Assembly: GCA_032718475.1 (NCBI GenBank)
Contig: JAUCBJ010005560.1
Location: 1 to 64,000, forward strand
From: Nemertoderma westbladi
Taxonomy: Eukaryota > Animalia > Xenacoelomorpha
Length of the DNA: 64,000 nucleotides
Reading direction: 5' to 3'
Of this stretch, positions 63,601 to 64,000 are shown one piece after another. The translations under genes were made by a program, and so were the position numbers. The notes beneath the pieces are model-generated. The model worked only from the letters and a program-made list of their open reading frames with translations. It had not been told where the DNA came from and made no database searches. Each line of letters opens with the position of its first letter. Positions within the stretch are counted from its first letter, which is position 1.

Positions 63601-63639
63601 AATGAAATGAACAAATTTAAACAACATTTTAAAGAAAAG
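3420..63639 (+). CDS. Multi-exon host gene for a long coiled-coil protein (at least 14 exons, 736 codons in window, 3' end beyond window); identity unresolved, loosely reminiscent of CCDC18/PMFBP1-type proteins
   Basis: Exons 3420-3602, 4230-4388, 4703-4849, 8620-8787, 20180-20338, 30145-30291, 33551-33709, 45752-45898, 48728-48880, 49115-49240, 49547-49717, 50039-50137, 62756-62927 and 63422-63639. Each is bounded by AG and GT, phases are compatible (total 2208 nt), the joined frame has no stop, and the product is E/K/Q/L-rich with heptad character throughout. Confidence 0.85.
4230..4388 (+). CDS. Host exon 2 (159 nt; GHEKEAEL...TAERK)
   Basis: cccaag|GGC ... AAA|gtgagt; phase 0. Confidence 0.8.
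4703..4849 (+). CDS. Host exon 3 (147 nt; SRERSLEV...RERSSE)
   Basis: tttttttcag|TCC ... GAG|gttagt; phase 0; absent from the ORF track. Confidence 0.85.
4830..4914. repeat. 44-bp tandem duplication spanning the exon 3 splice donor
   Basis: ACAGGGAACGAAGTTCCGAG|GTTAGTATAAAATAAATGGAA occurs at 4830 and again at 4874. Confidence 0.9.
5223..6101 (-). CDS. DTYMK: Thymidylate kinase (dTMP kinase), intronless, with a C-terminal repeat extension; nested in host intron 3
   Basis: [19 protein letters not shown]-loop, [35 protein letters not shown] and FGKERYE. Confidence 0.95.
   Translation of the reverse strand: MGRGALIVFEGCDRSGKTTQSNILVEALKERGYPTEKLYFPARQTPIGKTISNYLKQNADIDDHAIHLMFSANRWELDAEMRRKLSAGITLVVDRYAYSGVVYTAAKRNITMDLEWCKAPDRGLPRPDLLFYLRIDPVEAASRADFGKERYETSELQREVARVYEQLRDSEWVVLDATRSVAALHEEITAISCGAVERVATSEHISRLWVDESEDGSGQSDGREKGSGQSDGREKGSGQSDGREKRFGQSDGRENGSGQSDGRGKSSGEPDSVDGMFNGSVNGNKQEAVAIQ
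5311..5460. repeat. 30-bp coding minisatellite x5 ([10 protein letters not shown]-like) in the DTYMK tail
   Basis: CCCGTCCGTCCGACTGTCCGGAACC.. recurs with period 30. Confidence 0.9.
6693..8498. mobile_element. Non-autonomous TIR DNA transposon (about 1.8 kb, CACTG-type left end) with internal minisatellite
   Basis: Left ACTGCCGTCTTAAGGCAGATAATGCCCTAT matches the reverse complement of the right end ACTGCCGTCTTGAGGCAAAATACCCTAT. The subterminal motif GGCAAAACACCCTA recurs in both orientations. No transposase; TSD not resolved. Confidence 0.65.
7235..8120. repeat. 21-bp minisatellite (GGGAGGATATGTGGCTGTGTG)n in two blocks (about 7235-7405 and 7665-8120)
   Basis: Period 21 read directly; the blocks are separated by a spacer bounded by poly-G and poly-C runs. 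Confidence 0.9.
8620..8787 (+). CDS. Host exon 4 (168 nt; VANLEVLL...QTTDE)
   Basis: tcttag|GTG ... GAG|gttagc; phase 0. Confidence 0.85.
8755..17540. repeat. 53-bp satellite, about 166 copies, with 8-9-mer higher-order structure; unit is the last ~30 nt of exon 4 plus donor and intron start
   Basis: Unit AAAGTTCAATGCAAACAAACAACCGATGAG|GTTAGAGTCCAAAACAGTGAAAT. The variant TACAATGTA recurs at 8921, 9345 and 9822 (spacings 424 and 477 bp). Confidence 0.97.
18468..19133 (-). CDS. FERD3L: Fer3-like (Nato3) bHLH transcription factor, PTF family; nested in host intron 4
   Basis: [60 protein letters not shown] closely matches the Fer3/Nato3 bHLH. Confidence 0.9.
   Translation of the reverse strand: MHGHGYGGNLNYPLYPSNSSDRNREYMTVPRGQPFHHGYQYQPMVGDYHLPIDRKWLTPGNQSRHRAGSYNMIRTAPLMYGGPSLVERDGMRHQGVPNAVVGTAAMRLPKGRKRVTTFAQRRAANIRERRRMYSLNEAFDELRKKVPILTYEKRLSRIETLRLAIIYISFMVEISNGKDPEDISIRSLKQGWGEDNGIAGQKPVNLFNVTRMDKTSSCIHE
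20180..20338 (+). CDS. Host exon 5 (159 nt; ISQLQTSL...DQALAE)
   Basis: ccgcag|ATA ... GAG|gtaagt; phase 0. Confidence 0.85.
20948..21186 (-). mobile_element. tRNA-derived SINE (family A)
   Basis: Minus strand has an A box TAGCTCAGTTGG and a degenerate B box GGTTCAGCCCC, then ACTCAGCCTTTCATCC..GGGGTCGATAAAATGAGCACCAG, which I recall as a conserved central domain of many animal SINEs. Ends in a TTGC-like tail. Confidence 0.75.
21799..22584 (-). CDS. MAK16: Protein MAK16 homolog (60S biogenesis), intronless; nested in host intron 5
   Basis: [60 protein letters not shown], acidic tail and LEMEYE. Confidence 0.96.
   Translation of the reverse strand: MQHDDVIWSILKSTHCSYMAKTKTETFCRNPYNLTGLCNRSSCPLSNSQYATVREEKGVCYLYQKSIERAAFPKQLWEKVKLSKNYEQALLQIDTQLIYWPRFVIHKCKQRYTKIYQYLIRMRKLTLKSRRTLVPVAKKLERRERRREDKALMAARLETSIEKELLERLKKGTYGDIYNFPEKTFDKVIDEEVEDESESEAEEEVEEEEDGVVEYVEDFEESDEEIEEVSKTVNKPSKRRHLEMEYETEPCGSSKQRVKYR
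22874..23474. mobile_element. Foldback-type MITE with TA target duplication, nested in the element above
   Basis: TA|CGGTGGCTCATAACTGTCACAG...CTGTGACAGTTATGGGCCACCG|TA. Each arm holds an array of 20/21-bp GCCACGGCAGAAATTAAAAA repeats in opposite orientation. Confidence 0.88.
24203..24481 (-). mobile_element. tRNA-derived SINE (family B)
   Basis: Minus strand: A box TGGTGTAGTGG, B box GGTTCGATCC, AAATGAGTACT core-like motif and a (TTTAC)n tail. Confidence 0.75.
24855..25275. repeat. 39-bp minisatellite, about 10 copies (GATGGCGTTACACGTGAAGGACTTAGAGATTAAGTTAGT)
   Basis: Direct repeats; source of the spurious ORFs at 25054-25357. Confidence 0.92.
27019..27570 (-). CDS. SAP30: Sin3-associated protein SAP30/SAP30L, intronless; nested in host intron 5
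   Basis: C3H zinc finger ([10 protein letters not shown]...HLGICELH) and Sin3-binding domain [20 protein letters not shown]...HF...[12 protein letters not shown]. The track start at 27588 is TTG; first ATG is 27570, with an alternative MNG start at 27546. Confidence 0.93.
   Translation of the reverse strand: MDFTSSDRMNGSQRNRIILPVVDRDSAICCLLEEGTRCRRPSSSYSCNQRMRKSLEQSKIPIRVDPDSNHLGICELHNNIVRNIRLGKIKDREDQSDDDESSSPDVDLYQLQVNTLRRYKRHYKLHTRPGNSKQLLADAVIRHFATIQVNERDVLTYFIYSVKNNSRNPGETFGEGDTDGYYT
27899..28327 (-). CDS. TAF10: TFIID subunit 10, intronless; nested in host intron 5
   Basis: [63 protein letters not shown]. First ATG at 28327; the track start is TTG. Confidence 0.96.
   Translation of the reverse strand: MSDSIENNIEITDISQIKEEPEETQSDPEDSTYQPGEQLTDLMLQLSDYTPTIPDAVCCHYLNKSGFNCSDPRVVRVVALAAQKFVSDVVVDAMQHSKMRGNQQLVTKKISRDKRQSLLTTDDLALALNEYGVTLKKPPYFL
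28884..29534. mobile_element. Palindromic MITE (about 650 bp, arms about 290 bp), piggyBac-like ends
   Basis: CCCCATGAAGCCGGAATTTTCGATTT...AAATCGAAAATTCCGGCTTCACGGGG followed by TTAA. The arms align along nearly their whole length; TTAA is missing on the left. Confidence 0.85.
30145..30291 (+). CDS. Host exon 6 (147 nt; MEDAVRNL...ESELK)
   Basis: ctatag|ATG ... AAG|gtgaga; phase 0. Confidence 0.85.
31031..32188 (+). CDS. Cys-loop ligand-gated chloride channel subunit (GABA-A/glycine/GluCl-like), intronless; nested on the same strand in host intron 6
   Basis: Signal peptide, [13 protein letters not shown], Cys-loop [16 protein letters not shown]1 SWIGFW, PAR anion motif before M2 ([17 protein letters not shown]), M3 ALD..VEFAIV and M4 [16 protein letters not shown] at 32317. 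Confidence 0.93.
   Translation: MLLLAMALIFPVFSHTANIDVADKLKEKAENASYNLFSRPLSVDGGPLVVEVGVGIYAMGEIDDYGMSFSTDFFLRMWWRDPRLAFDDAIFCDDANLVRDDYVSVGSGISDLIWRPDLFLANTLKLTIFNEPMPNRKVAFYPDGSIMLSQRLSAQTKCHFDFTFYPMDTQYCDLTMESYTYDVKEVVYKFRQKHAVEISEVIQFAEHENISMNNDQIRWSEVTRSSSLGDYSSLTISFTFTRLTGSSFVSIYFPVNLAVTMSWIGFWVDRKATPARSALVITTILTLTTIVLQTYSRLPNVAYVTALDVAFVVALLFAFGALVEFAIVSNCGKKFDDTMEKYKFVLVLTPGDDMASKIDNVCKIIFPLSYGTFLIAYFSSYFLTR
33551..33709 (+). CDS. Host exon 7 (159 nt; NKNLERKA...TLTSE)
   Basis: ttccag|AAC ... GAG|gttgga; phase 0; absent from the ORF track. Confidence 0.8.
33752..44673 (+). repeat. 44/45-bp satellite, about 240 copies (array about 33811-44660), expanded inside a tRNA-SINE head
   Basis: Unit CCCAGAGATCGTGGGTTCGAGAACCAAATAGAACCAG(G/T)GTAGTTT. 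A box TGGTGTAGTGG at 33761-33771 precedes the array and SINE-like GTTGTCGTTTCGG follows it. A 1295-bp internal duplication is shown by identical ORFs at 34392 and 35687. Confidence 0.95.
44671..45692. repeat. 32-bp minisatellite, about 31 copies (CCGTACTCTACTTATATCGTATATAATCTACA)
   Basis: Period 32 read directly; abuts the 44/45-bp array. Confidence 0.95.
45752..45898 (+). CDS. Host exon 8 (147 nt; VSEKQGNL...TELIEQ)
   Basis: ttgtag|GTA ... CAG|gttact; phase 0; absent from the ORF track. Confidence 0.8.
47024..48100 (-). CDS. Uncharacterised 358-aa S/K/P-rich, probably disordered protein; nested in host intron 8
   Basis: Non-repetitive 1077-nt ATG-to-stop ORF in AT-rich surroundings with A-rich context before the ATG. 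No domain recognised. Confidence 0.65.
   Translation of the reverse strand: MEPGRKTWPIHQKHLPTLKIQNDRDEISKMLMPEVREIPDTHRSRKYENEVNLAKSNEDGWEPTFSSESSKYINVPTNADEANIGSLDLVRQHGYQQSSKVKAVIKESLGKSKRKYVFASSKPPHLPQEDRIRKAKTESPLKRKTSAGSPHGDAHATVNKRIKTPEYHCNKPFTPRQEDKLCQRVSSLEVYKSQDSPKSYDEPADCNASGKKGWLSWISLSHLFAHEGSTTPERQRKQLEKQNSRTSTAYSKNKSLGVRCSPNKQCNAAVTPGEIYLTTTGDDISPRTTNRCANLLSRNPRPSPPVQFCSVRKTISPSFLSTITIEDESSLLDSLPDNIRKLTKDICSPKQTPGEKQE
48728..48880 (+). CDS. Host exon 9 (153 nt; VELLSKSL...YKTVQ)
   Basis: ttatag|GTG ... CAG|gtgagt; phase 0. Confidence 0.85.
49115..49240 (+). CDS. Host exon 10 (126 nt; EQLVSREE...LLGTQ)
   Basis: gaacag|GAA ... CAG|gtaaac; phase 0. Confidence 0.8.
49547..49717 (+). 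CDS. Host exon 11 (171 nt; EEHRLARD...QAQYQ)
   Basis: gtttag|GAA ... CAG|gtaggc; phase 0. Confidence 0.82.
50039..50137 (+). CDS. Host exon 12 (99 nt; ILQKDNSA...AFQSK)
   Basis: attcag|ATC ... AAG|gttagc; phase 0. Confidence 0.8.
50335..51753 (-). mobile_element. 5'-truncated non-LTR retrotransposon (LINE) ORF2: reverse transcriptase plus C-terminal Cys/His knuckle
   Basis: The frame stays open upstream of the track start ([25 protein letters not shown]), then [33 protein letters not shown] and [12 protein letters not shown]. No endonuclease domain and no ATG start. Confidence 0.93.
53567..54398. mobile_element. Probable non-autonomous TIR element (about 830 bp)
   Basis: Left CCGTTGTAACAGATAATTTTCACTCCCC resembles the reverse complement of the right end CCGATGTAGCAGGAAATTTCACCCCCC. 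The CCCGGTTAAAAT motif occurs near both ends and there are internal GCAGCACGT repeats. Confidence 0.55.
55221..58409 (+). CDS. DAPK1-like ROCO protein (ankyrin repeats-ROC-COR-death domain) without kinase domain, single 3.2-kb exon; nested on the same strand in host intron 12
   Basis: About 8-9 ankyrin repeats, P-loop [48 protein letters not shown], and death domain [17 protein letters not shown] (DAPK1 has LLDPPDPLGKDWCLLA). Confidence 0.9.
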   Translation: MAYFKAIEDGNIMKVKAAISNIPNVFDPNLKNKNGEAGLHMAAGYGHIEVIEYLHSLGANLNVRDNHGDNAVYWAARHGHVEVIRYLIDNGAELNHQDKEGESALHVAGRYGNAEVIRFCAAHSGTQLDLQDVDGDSPLHCAAWHGYATVATALCDSGAQLNAKNRDGESALAIAAARGFLEIVGILEQSGCKLDLQDRTGSTAVHLAARRRHAEIVEYLSAAGADLSVADRNGDTALHTATRLGDLDATESLLRNGADPNRANRHGDLPLHLGARAGHADLARTLAVAGSELGRKNSAGLSAEVVAMSEGHDEIGELIQSLRLEGNLGFYASQLLPSISSIPRVKLVVLGDSGSGKSTLIESLRSGVLRSLLRVPWAALSRSFDATAYKPGLDSVATRGIDIRSVSLPGAGDFSVWEFPGSPSYSSVFHHFLLDPVALYLVLFPLTLKPGQQLAAVLYWLGLLVAKQRRGRVMLVATHGDAAGCRRDEETGELVSDTAEAVLRMAKRRLLAAGVEQRPLAVGEGERPLAAGVEQRPLAVGEGQRPLVGADEQRPVASQPFREGLELEDEVAVVDGRGSQSRELRRLRSRLRTLRCDLLNRQPPPTLLVSVISTSLPQWRRVLAAFPVITWRQFVAAVRANINPVACEGHLRAAAAALRAAGEIITFPGVELLDDLVVLEPRWLCTSVIGRLLAPDTECLDDGVLSVDELARLFEEGAPARGVDVWELAQLLVSLDLCNPTEGGRLYEFPCLNRLPAAYGGTLWESQPGLVYGGLRLTVFGGPSTALPRGVFPKVQVYLQQFVDSRSSSDDASIYIWANGSKLTIGQLESLLYIVTYNHNAHIDIVVRGLPNESHSCLIFLFDMVSLVDQLILDSYPGLTLIRSILSANQLAEHAPVVYSYPPAMVHRTLLRDDSLFLNEINDYVEQLHELVGFGSRATAAHLMPGMRLPANQMPSRCLTEVCRLLDARDALGRDWCLLAVTLRLTNVVPRLIESELGESPSELVLRDWAQDDSHTIGELVCRLLELGREDVALVLMSLTPLFKYHRGNWSPNRIRLNGGHS
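56745..56890. repeat. 27-bp in-frame coding minisatellite ([18 protein letters not shown]) x about 5 in the ROC region
   Basis: CGCCCTCTAGCGG.. recurs every 27 nt. Confidence 0.85.
58440..58570. repeat. 28-bp self-complementary tandem repeat (ATGTCTGTCACAGCAGACATTCGTGTGA) x about 4.5 in the presumed 3'UTR
   Basis: Direct repeats containing the inverted pair AATGTCTG/CAGACATT. Confidence 0.88.
59990..61000 (-). mobile_element. Degenerate LINE reverse-transcriptase fragment (frameshifted, YADD region missing)
   Basis: [23 protein letters not shown] and [12 protein letters not shown] (60399-60848), then [10 protein letters not shown] joined almost directly to [12 protein letters not shown] (60074-60472). 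Boundaries approximate. Confidence 0.85.
62756..62927 (+). CDS. Host exon 13 (172 nt; VISLEREV...SEETV, ends in phase 1)
   Basis: ctttag|GTT ... GTC G|gttagt; the frame differs from the track ORF at 62628. Confidence 0.82.
63422..63639 (+). CDS. Host exon 14 (218 nt; (G)[10 protein letters not shown]...HFKEK)
   Basis: ttgcag|GT AAA ... AAG|gtaaga; the phase-1 entry matches exon 13. Confidence 0.85.
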
Positions 63640-64000
63640 GTAAGATTTAACCCAAACCCAGTATAGCCGTAAAAGTATATACATTAATACATAATGAAAA
63701 TAACCTAAGTGGTCCTTTTCTTATTAGGCCTACTATCTGTCGGATATTTATTTATTGGAAGGACGAGCATTTCAAATGAATTATTTAGTTTAATTTAATT
63801 TGTCATTATCTATATATGCAATGTTTGTGGGGTCACAGAAACTACCTTAGATCAATATCACGTTGCAGGTCTGCACAGTAGTTTTATTAAACAGTTAATC
63901 ATCAAGAGCTCAATGTCTGTTAGTCCGGCAGCAAAATGCAGAGATTTTGGTGAACCGTGATTTTTATTCCCATAAAATGTTTCATCGGTTTAGTACTTAT

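Overview
Animal (metazoan) genomic DNA, AT-rich outside genes. I reconstructed by eye a + strand host gene for a long coiled-coil protein: 14 GT-AG exons from 3420 to 63639 that splice into one open 736-codon frame and probably continue beyond the window. Its introns hold at least eight complete genes whose coding regions are uninterrupted: DTYMK, FERD3L, MAK16, SAP30, TAF10, an anion-type Cys-loop receptor, an orphan 358-aa ORF and a kinase-less DAPK1-like ROCO gene. An intronless MGST3 lies just upstream of the first exon seen. The introns also carry two large satellites. One is a ~166 x 53-bp array made from the end of a host exon plus its splice donor. The other is a ~240 x 44/45-bp array amplified from the B-box region of a tRNA-derived SINE. 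Also present are two SINE copies, two LINE reverse-transcriptase remnants, several non-autonomous TIR elements (one nested in another) and many minisatellites. All calls come from reading the sequence and recalling family motifs; no searches were run and copy numbers are length/unit estimates.
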